A stretch of 64,000 nt of DNA, taken from the NCBI GenBank assembly GCA_963727445.1, contig CAVSGI010000020.1, positions 704,001-768,000 of the forward strand, given 5' to 3'. Made by a program: the position numbers and the translations under genes. Each line of letters opens with the position of its first letter. Position 1 is the first letter of the stretch. Below, piece after piece: positions 21,516 to 31,367 of the stretch. Below the pieces are notes generated by a model. The model was not told the DNA's origin. It saw nothing but the letters and a program-made list of their open reading frames with translations, and made no database searches. Source of the stretch: an uncultured delta proteobacterium. Lineage in GTDB: Bacteria > Myxococcota_A > Polyangia > Polyangiales > B10-G4.

Positions 21516-22270
21516 CCCCGCCGCCGGACGGTAGCGCGCCGGCCGGGGAGGTCGTGCGCCCGGTCCCCGACTCGGTGCTGGAGCACATCCTGGCCCGCAT
21601 CCTGGACGGGACCTACGGCAGTGGCGCCCGCTTGCCGGCGGAGCGCCAATGGACCGACCAGCTCGGCGCCAGCCGGGTCTCGGTGCGCGGCGCGCTCTCG
21701 CGTCTCGCCGAGTGGGGGGTGATCGACATCCGGCGCGGCAGCGGTGCGGTGGTGCGGCCGCGCGCCGAGTGGCGCCTCGACGTGCTGCCGGCGTACCTGC
21801 GTCACGGCGCGACGGCGGACGGGATCTTCGCCGTGGGGCAGGCCATGATGGATCTCCTCGAGGTGCGTCGCCTCCTGCTCGTGCACATGGTGGGCAAGGT
21901 CGCCGAGCGCATCGGTCCCGGGACGCTGGACGCGGCGCGCGTGGCGCTGAAGCGTGCGGCCGATGCGCGGGACGATCCGGCGCGCTTCGCCGAGCTCGAC
22001 GTCGACATGATTCGCACGGTGCTCGACTCCTGTGGGATGACCGCGCCGCTCTGGGTCCTCAACGTGTTTTCCGACGCGTACCTGCGCGCGACGCGCGAGG
22101 TGCCGCCTTCGGTGGTCGCGCCTCCGAACTACCTCGAGGCCTATACGGAGGTCTTCGACCTTCTCGAAGCAGGCAAGACGGACGAAGCGCGCAAGAAGCT
22201 CGGCGACTACCTCGAGGCCCTCGACGTCATCATCATGAGCGCCGCGGCGGCGATGGCCGCGTCTCTCTGA
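21512..22270 (+). CDS. GntR family, FadR-subfamily transcriptional regulator
   Basis: RILDGTYGSGARLPAERQWTDQLGASRVSVRGALSRLAEWGVIDIRRGSG wHTH; FCD-like helical C-terminus. Confidence 0.9.
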   Translation: MTPPPDGSAPAGEVVRPVPDSVLEHILARILDGTYGSGARLPAERQWTDQLGASRVSVRGALSRLAEWGVIDIRRGSGAVVRPRAEWRLDVLPAYLRHGATADGIFAVGQAMMDLLEVRRLLLVHMVGKVAERIGPGTLDAARVALKRAADARDDPARFAELDVDMIRTVLDSCGMTAPLWVLNVFSDAYLRATREVPPSVVAPPNYLEAYTEVFDLLEAGKTDEARKKLGDYLEALDVIIMSAAAAMAASL

Positions 22271-22380
22271 ACGCTCGCCGCCCGAAGTCGAAGGAAAGCG
22301 CCCCGTGGCCAGGCCCTTGCCCCATCCTCGTCGAGCCATGGTAGAAGGGCGGTCCCATTTCGACCAAGGAGAACCGCTCG

Positions 22381-22899
22381 ATGGCCAACCCGACCGCGAC
22401 CTTCGACACGAGCGCCGGCACGTTCAAGGCAGAGATCTATCTCGACAAGATGCCGATCACCGCGAAGAACTTCCTCGATCTCGCCAAGAGCGGGTTCTAC
22501 GACGGACTGCACTTCCACCGCGTGATCAACAACTTCATGCTGCAGTTCGGCTGCCCGCACTCGAAGGATCCGAAGAGCTCGCGCGCCGGGACCGGCGGCC
22601 CTCCTCACGGCACGATCCAGGACGAGCATCCGGCGGACTTCAAGATGTCCAACGAGCCGATGACCATGTCGATGGCGAACACCGGCCGGCCCAACAGCGG
22701 CGGCTCGCAGTTCTTCATCAACACCAAGCACAACGACTACCTCGACTGGTTCTCACCGGGCCCGTCCAAGCATCCCGTCTTCGGCAAGGTGATCGAAGGC
22801 GAGGACGTGATCCGCAACATCGAGTCGACCCCCACCGATGCCCGGGACAACCCCGTGACGCCGGTGCAGGTCCGCCACATCACGGTCGACGGCTACTGA
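22381..22899 (+). CDS. Cyclophilin-type peptidyl-prolyl cis-trans isomerase
   Basis: [36 protein letters not shown]. Confidence 0.95.
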   Translation: MANPTATFDTSAGTFKAEIYLDKMPITAKNFLDLAKSGFYDGLHFHRVINNFMLQFGCPHSKDPKSSRAGTGGPPHGTIQDEHPADFKMSNEPMTMSMANTGRPNSGGSQFFINTKHNDYLDWFSPGPSKHPVFGKVIEGEDVIRNIESTPTDARDNPVTPVQVRHITVDGY

Positions 22900-23726
22900 C
22901 CCCGAGCAGAGCGGCGAGGGCCGGTAGCGCCTCGCCGCTCCTGGCCTCGAGCCGGACGTCGGCGAGCTCTTCGCCGCGCGCGGAGCCGAGGTTCACGATG
23001 GCGACTGGCACGCCGCGCTCGTGGGCGCGGCGAAGGAACCGATAGCCCGAGAAGACGGCGAGGCTCGAGCCGACGATGAGGAGCGCCTCGGCGTCGTCGA
23101 AGAGTCGCCAGGCCTCGTCGACGACTTCGCGCCGGCAGTTCTCGCCGAAGAAGACGACGTCGGGCTTGAGCACGCCGCCGCAGAATCTCGCAGCCGGCGA
23201 CTCTGAAGGAGCGCAGGCGCTCGCCTTCGAGCTCGGCGTCTCCGTCGGGGGCGAGCTCGGCGTGGATCTTCGCCCAGCCCGGATTGAGGCCGGAGAGGCG
23301 CGCCTGGAGCGCGGCGCGTGGGCTCACGGCGTCGCAGCCGAGGCAGCGGACGCGCTCGAGGGCGCCGTGGAGCTCGACCACGTGATCGCTGCCGGCGCGG
23401 TGATGGAGCCTGTCGACGTTCTGGGTGATCACCCCGTTGATGCTTCCGCCGCGCTCGAGCGCCGCGAGGGCGTGATGGCCGGCGTTGGGCTCGGCGCCGG
23501 AAAAGCGTCCCCATCCGACGAGGGCGCGCGCCCAGTATCGCTGTCGCGCTTCGGCGCTCTTCACGAAGGCGCGGTATTGGACGGGATTGCGCGCGCGGCG
23601 GCGCGTCTCGGGGCCGCGGTAGTCGGGGATGCCGCTCTCGGTGCTCACGCCCGCGCCGGTGAGGACGACGAAGCGCTTGCCAGCGAGGAGCGAAGCGACG
23701 GGGCCGATGTCGGGGGGCGACTGCAC
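22880..23726 (-). CDS. NAD-dependent protein deacylase (sirtuin, SIRT4-like class); frameshift near 23185
   Basis: [49 protein letters not shown]. Confidence 0.9.
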
Positions 23727-23778
23727 GCGGACACTCGTTAATTGGGCTCGGCGGGCGCGGCGTCAACGGCCGTGCGCT

Positions 23779-24906
23779 TCAGAGGTCCCGGACGGCGAGG
23801 AGCGCCTGGCGCGTCAGCTCTCCGATGCGCGCCGTGCGCGCGCGATGCCAGCGGGTCGAGACGGCGACCAGGTAGCGGCGCCCGGTCGTGAGGTCCGTGA
23901 CGAGGCCGTGATCGAGGGCGTCGTCGCCGGGGACGGTGCCGGTCTTGTTGAGCACGTCCACCGGGCCGAGGGCGGCCTCGGCACCGGCGGCGATGCGCGA
24001 ATGCGACGCGCGGAGCGCCTCGTGCACCACCTCGACGTCCTCGTCGGAGATCGCGAAGCGTTCTTCTTCGGGGAGCTCGTGATGGAGGGTGATGCGGCGC
24101 ATCACGCTGAGCAGATCGTACAGGGTCGTGCAATTGCCCGCTTCGGGACAGATGGGGTAGAGGTGCGGCGCGTCGCGCGCGGGGATGTTGCCGTCACGCC
24201 GACCCTCGTGAAAGTGGATCTCGGGCGAGTGGCGCAGGGCCAGATCTTCGACGCCATCGGGGCGGGTGTATCGCCGCTGCATGAAGGTGTGACGCAGGCC
24301 CCAGCGGGGGAGGATGTTCTCGTTGAGGTTCTGCATGCCGGCGATCAGCACCGTCCTGTTGTAGGCGGTGTTGTTGCTGATGCGGATGGCGCGGTCGATG
24401 ATCTGCGACGCGGGGCCGTGGTAGGGGCCGTCGAGGTCTTCGAAGCTCAGCGTGGCGCGACTGTCGACCCCGCGGGCGTTCAGCACCTCGAGCGCAGCCA
24501 CAGCGGTGATCACCTTGACGGTCGAGGCCGGCCAGTACCGATCCTGCGAAGGAACGACGCCGGTTTCGCCGAGGCTGTACCAGTCGAACTGGGTGGGCGC
24601 GTCGTCCATCTCGCGGCCGATCAGCACGAAGGACTCCGCGGGCGGTTCGTAGCCCGCGGCTTCGAAGGCTGCGGCGAGGGTCTCGGTGTCGAAGGTGGAG
24701 GCCGCCGCCGCGGGGATGGGCGGCGGGGGAATGCTCATCCACTCCGACGCGCCCTCTTCGTCTGCGGAGATGGGGGTGTCGGGGAGGGTGGCCGCGGGGG
24801 GCGCCGCCGCGTGGCCGTGGCCCTCGGTCGCCGCACCCCAGGCCGACCAGGCGAAGCCGGCGAAGAGAGCGAGCGCTTTGAAGGTGTCGAGACGGACCAC
24901 CGCCAT
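23779..24906 (-). CDS. Serine hydrolase, class A beta-lactamase/PBP-like fold
   Basis: YWPASTVK (SxxK), ISNNTAYN, NKTG. Confidence 0.8.
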   Translation of the reverse strand: MAVVRLDTFKALALFAGFAWSAWGAATEGHGHAAAPPAATLPDTPISADEEGASEWMSIPPPPIPAAAASTFDTETLAAAFEAAGYEPPAESFVLIGREMDDAPTQFDWYSLGETGVVPSQDRYWPASTVKVITAVAALEVLNARGVDSRATLSFEDLDGPYHGPASQIIDRAIRISNNTAYNRTVLIAGMQNLNENILPRWGLRHTFMQRRYTRPDGVEDLALRHSPEIHFHEGRRDGNIPARDAPHLYPICPEAGNCTTLYDLLSVMRRITLHHELPEEERFAISDEDVEVVHEALRASHSRIAAGAEAALGPVDVLNKTGTVPGDDALDHGLVTDLTTGRRYLVAVSTRWHRARTARIGELTRQALLAVRDL

Positions 24907-24951
24907 GGAATTTAGCCAACATTTGGCCGCGCGCCGTAGATTCCCGCAGGA

Positions 24952-25984
24952 CTAACGTACAAAAGCCCGAAGGGTGCGGGCTTCGAGGGCGCTTCGACGC
25001 TGGCGAACGGCATCCGCCAGGCCGAGCTGGGAGGCGGCGCGCACCTGGTTGTGGGTGCTCCGGGTGGCGAAGCGCGCGGGGTCCCAACCGAAATAGCTCT
25101 CGTTCAGCGCGTCGGCGCAGAAGCGCGCGGCGAGCTCGAGGGAGATGGTCTCGAAGCCGGGCACCAGGCTCGCGACCTCGCTTTCGGTGACGAACTCTCT
25201 GGCCGTCTCGGCGTAGCCACGAATGGCGGCATCGAAGATCGTCTCGTCGACCTCGCCGGGGGACTCTTCGCCCGCGGGGTTGCACCAGCTGCGCAGCGCG
25301 TCGCCGAGCTCGATGGCGAGAGTGCTCTTCGCCATCGTATCGAGGTCGACGAGGGCGACGGCATCGCTCAGGTCGTCGGTGAAGAGCACGTTCGAGAATC
25401 TTGAGATCGCCGTGGATGATGCGCAGGGGCAGCTCTCCGATCGCCGGCAGCGCCTCTGCGTGCGCGAGGATGCGCTCGGCGATCGGCGCGACGCGGGCGC
25501 GCTCGGGGTGGTTCGGATGCTCGCGCAGGGCGCGCTCGAGGGTAGCCAGATGCTTCGGCGTGTCGTGCGCGCCTGGCCGCGCGAAGTGAAAGGTGTGTTC
25601 GAAGTCGAGCAGGGCCTGGTGAAAGCGGCCGACCAGGCGTGCTGCGGCGCCGGCGACGGCCGGGGCGCCCACCTTCTCGACGGTGCGGCCCTCGACCCAG
25701 CTCAGCACGCGATGCACCGCGCCGTCCGCGTCCACCCAGGCGCGGCCGTCTCGGGTGCGCACCAGCCGCGGTGTGACCAGCCCGCGTTCGGCGAGTCGGT
25801 CGGTGATGGCCTCGATGTCGAGGTTCACCTCGCCCGTGAAGATGGGGTGCAGGCGTTGGAGGACGTAGCGCCCATCCTGGGCCTCGATCGAAAACGTTCG
25901 GTTGATCAGCCCGATGGCGACGGGTGTTACGTTTGCGTCCTCGAAGCCGTACGCCGCGAGGACCGCGCTCGGGATGTCTTCCAA
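24952..25984 (-). CDS. Aminoglycoside phosphotransferase-family (N-acetylhexosamine kinase-like) kinase; frameshift near 25398
   Basis: GLINRTF, YVLQRLHPIF, IIHGDLK(ISN)VLF, VDLDTM, ELGDALRSWCN. Confidence 0.85.
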
Positions 25985-26014
25985 GGGGCGTGAGGCTAGC
26001 AGATGGGAGACGGG

Positions 26015-27659
26015 ATGACGTTGAGTCAGGTGAGGACGAAGAAGAAGGTGCCGGTCGCGCGGTGGAGCGATCTCGAAGACCGCCAGCCCACCTACGCCCT
26101 CGTCGCCGACGTCGACCTGGTGGTGGTGCGGTGGGACGACGAGGTCTCGGTGTTCTATGGCCGCTGCCTCCATCGCGGTGCGCTCATGGCTGACGGGCAC
26201 GTCGAAGGGAAGAACCTCATCTGCGGCGTGCACGGGTGGGACTACCGGATGGACTCGGGCGTCAGCGAATACAACAACGCCGAGGCGCTGCGGAAGTTCA
26301 GCACCTGGATCGATCGGAAGCTCGACCAGGTGATGGTCGACGAGGAGGAGGTGCGCGCCTTCGGCGATGAACACCCCCAGCCCTTCGATCGCGCTGCCTA
26401 TCAGGGCCTCTACGCGGACACCGGAAGCACGCCCGCCGAGCCGCATACCCATCACATCCATCAGCTGGCGAAGGAGGGCCTGTCGAAGGTCGGTCACCAC
26501 GGTCCGGTCTCGGCGATGGGGGTGTCGCGCACCGAGCTGCCGAGCTGGGATGGGCTTCAGAATCCTCACGGCGCAGCTCTCGCGCAAGCCGCTCTTGGAC
26601 GACGACGAGGTGGGCACGGAGCTCGTCATCGGCCCGAACGCCAACAAGCCCCTGACGATGAAGATCCCGCTCTTCGTGAGCGACATGAGCTACGGCGCCC
26701 TCAGCGAGGAGGCGAAGGTGGCGCTGGCGATGGGTGCCGAGCTCGCCGGCACGGGCATCTGTTCCGGCGAGGGCGGGATGTTGCCCGAGGAGCAGGCGGC
26801 GAACAGCCGCTACCTCTACGAGCTGGCGTCGGCGAAGTTCGGCTTCTCCCTCGACAAGGTTCAGAAGTGCCAGGCCTTTCACTTCAAGGCCGGGCAGGGC
26901 GCCAAGACCGGGACCGGCGGACACCTGCCCGGCGAGAAGGTGAGCGAGAAGATCGCCGCGGTCCGCGAGGTGCTCGTGGGACAGCCCGCCATCAGCCCCG
27001 CGCGTTTCGTCGATCTCGACACGCCGAACGACTTCCGCCGCGTCGCGGACCAGGTGCGGGAGGTGACGGGCGGCGTCCCCATCGGGTTCAAGATGAGCGC
27101 CCAGCACATCGAAGCGGACATCGACTTCGCGCTCGACGTCGGCTGTGACTACATCATCCTCGACGGCCGCGGGGGCGCGACCGGGGCGGCGCCGAACATC
27201 TTCAAGAACAACATCAGCGTGCCCACCATGCCGGCCCTCGCGCGCGCTCGGCATCACCTCGACGCACGCAAGGCCTCCGGGGTGACGTTGATCGTGACGG
27301 GTGGCCTCCGCACGGAGAGCGACTTCGTCAAAGCGATGGCGCTCGGGGCCGATGGCGTCGCCATCGCCAACAGCGCGCTTCAGGCGATCGGCTGCCTGGG
27401 GATGCGCGCCTGCCACACCAACAACTGCCCCGTCGGCATCGCCAGCCAGAAGCCGCACCTGAGGGCGAGGCTCGACATCGAGCGCTCGGCGAAACAGCTG
27501 GCGCGCTATCTGACGGCGACGGTAGAGCTGATGCAGGTGCTCGCGAGGGCGTGTGGCCACGCTCATCTGAGCAAGCTCGCGCCGGACGACCTCACCACGT
27601 GGGATCGCAATCTCGCCTATCTGACCGGCGTCCGATACGCCGGGGTGGTGCCGCTGTGA
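26015..27659 (+). CDS. Rieske [2Fe-2S] domain fused to an FMN-binding glutamate synthase-family domain; frameshift near 26555
   Basis: CLHRG..CGVHGW Rieske motif; SDMSYGALS, GQGAKTGTGGHLP, CLGMRACHTNNCPVG. Confidence 0.9.
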
Positions 27660-27803
27660 GCGCGCCACTGTCGCCCGAGCCGCTCGAGTGGATGAGCTGC
27701 GGGATGGAGATGAAGGGGAGCAGGGCGCGCAGATCGCCGCGTTCCTGGTCTCGGCTCTGGACGCGGCGCGGGGCCTTCTGATCTGAGGTAGCATCGCGCC
27801 TTC

Positions 27804-29504
27804 ATGTTCGAGCGCGACGAAGACGGGGACGAAGTGTTGCAGATCACGGCGCGTGGTCGCGACGTCTTGAACGACAGCCTGATCAACCGGGGGACTGCCT
27901 TTACCCACGCGGAGCGCGACGCGCTCGAGATCACCGGACTGTTGCCGACCGCGGTGAGCACCATCGAGCTCCAGGTGCGCCGGGCGCACGCGTCCATCTG
28001 CCGGAAGGAGGATCGCCTCGAGCGCTACATCGGTCTCGAGGCTCTCGCCGGACGGAACGCGGTGCTCTACTACCGCACGGTCCTCGACCACGTGGAGGAG
28101 TTCCTCCCGGTGGTCTACACCCCCACCGTCGGCGAAGCCTGCCAGCGCTTCAGTCAGATCTTTCGGCGCGGCCGCGGCGTGTGGATCACCCCCGAGCATC
28201 GCGGACGCATCAAGGACGTCCTCGACAATCACAAGACCACCGAAGGCATCCGCCTCATCTGCGTGACGGATAACGAGCGCATCCTCGGCCTCGGTGACCA
28301 GGGCGCGGGCGGCATGGGCATCCCGGTCGGCAAGCTCAGCCTCTACGTCGTCGGCGCGGGCTTTCACCCGGCGTCGACGCTCCCCGTCAGCCTGGACGTG
28401 GGCACCGACAACCAGGAGCTCCTCGACGATCCGCTCTACGTCGGCTACCGGCACGCGCGTCTTCGGGGCGTGGAGTACGCGTCTCTCGTCGAGGAGTTCG
28501 TCGAAGCGGTGCGAGACGTCTTTCCGAAGGCGCTCCTGCAGTGGGAGGACTTCAAGAAGAAGAACGCCTTCGACAACCTCGACAAGTACGTGGACCGCTT
28601 GCTCTCTTTCAATGACGACATCCAGGGCACGGCGGGGGTCGCGCTCGCCGGGATCGTCGCCGCGGCGCGGATCACGGGGATCCCGCTCTCCGATCAGCGC
28701 GTGGTCATCGCCGGTGCGGGCGCGGCCGGCATCGGGATCGGGCGGCTGATCCGTGCAGAGATGGGGCGGGCAGGGCTGACGGGGGACGACCTCGTCTCCC
28801 GGGTGGGCCTCCTCGACAGCCGCGGCTTCCTGACCGACGGGCGCGAGTATCGCGACGCCTACAAGAAGGAGATGGCATGGCCCGCGGCGCTCGCGGAGTC
28901 CTTTGGTCTGCCGAGCGATGGCTCGGTGGAGCTCGCGCAGGCGGTCGATGCGCTTCGCCCGACGGTGCTCATCGGCACCACCGGCCTGCCGGGGACCTTC
29001 GGCGAGGAGGCCCTGCGCAACATGGCCAAGCACACCGCGCGGCCGGTGGTCTTCCCCTACTCGAATCCCACCGCGAATGCGGAGGCGACGCCGGAGCAGA
29101 TCCTCGAATGGACTGGCGGCAAGGCCATCGTCGCCAGCGGCAGCCCTTTCGCGCCGGTCGAATACGAAGGGCGAACCATCCACATCGGACAGGGCAACAA
29201 CGTCTACATCTTCCCGGGCGTGGGCCTGGGCGCCGTGATCAGCGGCGCGAAGAAGGTCACCAACGAGATGTTCGCGGTTGCCGCGGAGACCCTCGCTTCG
29301 ATGGTGAGCCAAGAGGATCTGGACCGCGGGGCGGTGTACCCCGGCTTGACCAAGCTACGCGCGATCAGCCGCGAGATCGCCATCGCCGTGGGCATGGAAG
29401 CGATCGAAGAAGGCGACGCCCCCACACGTTCGCGCGAAGAGCTGGCGAAGGCCATCGACGACGCCATGTGGTACCCGCGGTACGCGAAGCTCGACTTCGG
29501 GTGA
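27804..29504 (+). CDS. maeA: NAD-dependent malic enzyme
   Basis: NRGTAF, VYTPTVGEAC, VTDNERILGLGDQG, QWEDF, FNDDIQGT, GAGAAG, GQGNNVYIFPG. Confidence 0.95.
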   Translation: MFERDEDGDEVLQITARGRDVLNDSLINRGTAFTHAERDALEITGLLPTAVSTIELQVRRAHASICRKEDRLERYIGLEALAGRNAVLYYRTVLDHVEEFLPVVYTPTVGEACQRFSQIFRRGRGVWITPEHRGRIKDVLDNHKTTEGIRLICVTDNERILGLGDQGAGGMGIPVGKLSLYVVGAGFHPASTLPVSLDVGTDNQELLDDPLYVGYRHARLRGVEYASLVEEFVEAVRDVFPKALLQWEDFKKKNAFDNLDKYVDRLLSFNDDIQGTAGVALAGIVAAARITGIPLSDQRVVIAGAGAAGIGIGRLIRAEMGRAGLTGDDLVSRVGLLDSRGFLTDGREYRDAYKKEMAWPAALAESFGLPSDGSVELAQAVDALRPTVLIGTTGLPGTFGEEALRNMAKHTARPVVFPYSNPTANAEATPEQILEWTGGKAIVASGSPFAPVEYEGRTIHIGQGNNVYIFPGVGLGAVISGAKKVTNEMFAVAAETLASMVSQEDLDRGAVYPGLTKLRAISREIAIAVGMEAIEEGDAPTRSREELAKAIDDAMWYPRYAKLDFG

Positions 29505-29614
29505 GGCTTTCCGACCCGGACCAAAGTCCGACATCGACCTACACCGCTTCCCCTCCTTCTACTTCGGAGCCGCATGTGATTCACTGACCATCCGGCCGGC
29601 AGCCGCAACACCAC

Positions 29615-31339
29615 ATGAGTTCGGGCCCACCAAGTAGCACTCCGGGAAGCCATCTCAGCCTCGTCCCAGAAGAACCGGGGGCGAGAGTTGGCGAGATTTC
29701 GACTCGGGTCCTGTGGTGCTCAGCCAAGTATGTCGAGGACCATTTTGGAGTGGAGGCGCTCGAGGAATTGAGTGCCGACGCAGGCATCGATTCCAAGGCC
29801 ATCGACGATGGATCGACGTGGATTCGGATGGAGCAGGCGAGTCACTTCCTCGCTGGCGTACGCGAGTTGGTGGGGAACGACAACGCGTTCAGGCAGTCAT
29901 GCGTTCATCGGGCGAAGGACGCATTTGGTCCGCTTCGCTTCGTTCTCCCCGCCACCACTCCGCGCACCATCATGAAGATGGCAGCTAAGACCATGCGGTT
30001 GGTGACGACCGTTGGCTCTGTGGAGATCATCGACGAGCATCGCAATGGGATCCGGACGAAGTACACGAGCACCGTCCCCGAGCACGAGACCCGTCTGATG
30101 TGCATGTCGAGGATGGCCACCTCGGCGTCAATCCCCACCTGGTTCGGGCTTCCAACGGCCACGGTCAAGGAACACTCCTGCATTGCTCGCGGGGACGAGG
30201 CATGTGTCTACGACTACAGCTTCTACACCCGTGGGCGGTGGCTGCCGCCCGTTGTCGGCGCGCTCGTAGGCCTCGCGATGGCGTATGCACTGGTCCTCGT
30301 CGGTCTCGTGCTTCCCGCCTTGTGGGTGTGTCTTCCTCTGATGTTTGCGCTCGTCGGCGCGGTGTACGAGGCCCGGTTCACGTACACCACTAATCTCTCT
30401 CACGGTGAGCAGATTCAGGCGGCGCTACGCGAAACCGCCGAGAACGAGGCCGATGCGCGACGCGAGCTGCTTGCTCTTCATCAGCGCCAGCGCGAGTGGG
30501 CTCGGATGATGGAGCAGCAGGTTCGGGAGCGAACATCCACGCTTCAGCAGGTGCTCGATACGGTGCGGAAATTGAGTGAGGAACGCGGCACTCACATACG
30601 AAGCGTGTCTCACGATCTTCGCAATCCATTGTCGATTCTGCGCGCCAATCACGAATTCTTCGCGGAGCTGCCCGTCTCGGGGGAGCTCGAAGAGGCCGCG
30701 GCCGAGGCGATCAAGGATGGCAAAGAGGCGGTAGAGCGAATGGAGCAGATGATCATTGCGCTCATCGACTCGCTCGCCCACGAGTCGAACATGGTCAGGG
30801 TCACTCCTTCTCGGTTAGACATTGCGCCGCTCGTCAATCGCCTCCGCACTCGGGCGCGTGCGTTGGTGTTCGGTCGCGATATCAGGGTCAGTGCCTTCAA
30901 GACGCGGGAGGCTCCCCTATTCATCGAAACGGATCGGCTCATCTTCGAGCGCGTCATCGACAATCTGTTGACCAACGCCGCGAAGTACACGGATCAGGGC
31001 AGCATCGTCATCGAGTTCGATGGGAGTCCCGGTTTCTTGACCATCAAGGTGTCCGACACCGGGCGTGGGATCTCCTCGGAGCGGATCCCGAAGATATTCC
31101 GAGCCCGATCTGTCAGGGACGGAGATGACACCAGGAGCTTGGGGATAGGCCTGTCCGTGGTCACCGCCTTGATGGCCCAGGTGGGAGGGCGAATCGAGGT
31201 GATGTCCAAGCCCGGAAGCGGTACGACCTTCTGGGTGCACTTTCCCGAAGTCCTGCCGCCGGAAGCGGTCGGCGACGACCGGCGCGATCCAAATGACCGG
31301 TTGCGAGACGTGGTGACGATACGTAGCCTCTCTGGCTGA
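29615..31339 (+). CDS. Sensor histidine kinase with N-terminal V4R/H-NOX-like domain and two TM helices
   Basis: EHSCIARGDEACVY (V4R-like), SHDLRNPL H-box, NLLTNAAKYT, DTGRGI, GIGL, GSGTTF. Confidence 0.88.
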   Translation: MSSGPPSSTPGSHLSLVPEEPGARVGEISTRVLWCSAKYVEDHFGVEALEELSADAGIDSKAIDDGSTWIRMEQASHFLAGVRELVGNDNAFRQSCVHRAKDAFGPLRFVLPATTPRTIMKMAAKTMRLVTTVGSVEIIDEHRNGIRTKYTSTVPEHETRLMCMSRMATSASIPTWFGLPTATVKEHSCIARGDEACVYDYSFYTRGRWLPPVVGALVGLAMAYALVLVGLVLPALWVCLPLMFALVGAVYEARFTYTTNLSHGEQIQAALRETAENEADARRELLALHQRQREWARMMEQQVRERTSTLQQVLDTVRKLSEERGTHIRSVSHDLRNPLSILRANHEFFAELPVSGELEEAAAEAIKDGKEAVERMEQMIIALIDSLAHESNMVRVTPSRLDIAPLVNRLRTRARALVFGRDIRVSAFKTREAPLFIETDRLIFERVIDNLLTNAAKYTDQGSIVIEFDGSPGFLTIKVSDTGRGISSERIPKIFRARSVRDGDDTRSLGIGLSVVTALMAQVGGRIEVMSKPGSGTTFWVHFPEVLPPEAVGDDRRDPNDRLRDVVTIRSLSG

Positions 31340-31367
31340 CAATTCGAGTTGGGGGGAAGGCCAATTC

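Noticed and set aside
20642..22270. Novel lipoprotein-GntR fusion (542-aa ORF in the track)
   Set aside because: A one-base shift near 21464 restores a natural C-terminus whose TGA overlaps the GntR ATG; an exported lipoprotein fused to a DNA-binding domain is implausible
22880..23726. SIR2 anti-phage defence effector
   Set aside because: Sequence is a classical Zn-binding sirtuin deacylase with no defence partners nearby
23779..25984. Antibiotic resistance pair (beta-lactamase + aminoglycoside kinase)
   Set aside because: Both are only fold-level superfamily members, have host-like codon usage and have no mobile context
26298..29312. 1004-aa minus-strand ORF and similar long antisense ORFs (14096-16489, 35865-37892, 52863-54902)
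   Set aside because: Antisense shadows of well-supported genes, expected in high-GC DNA; no recognisable motifs
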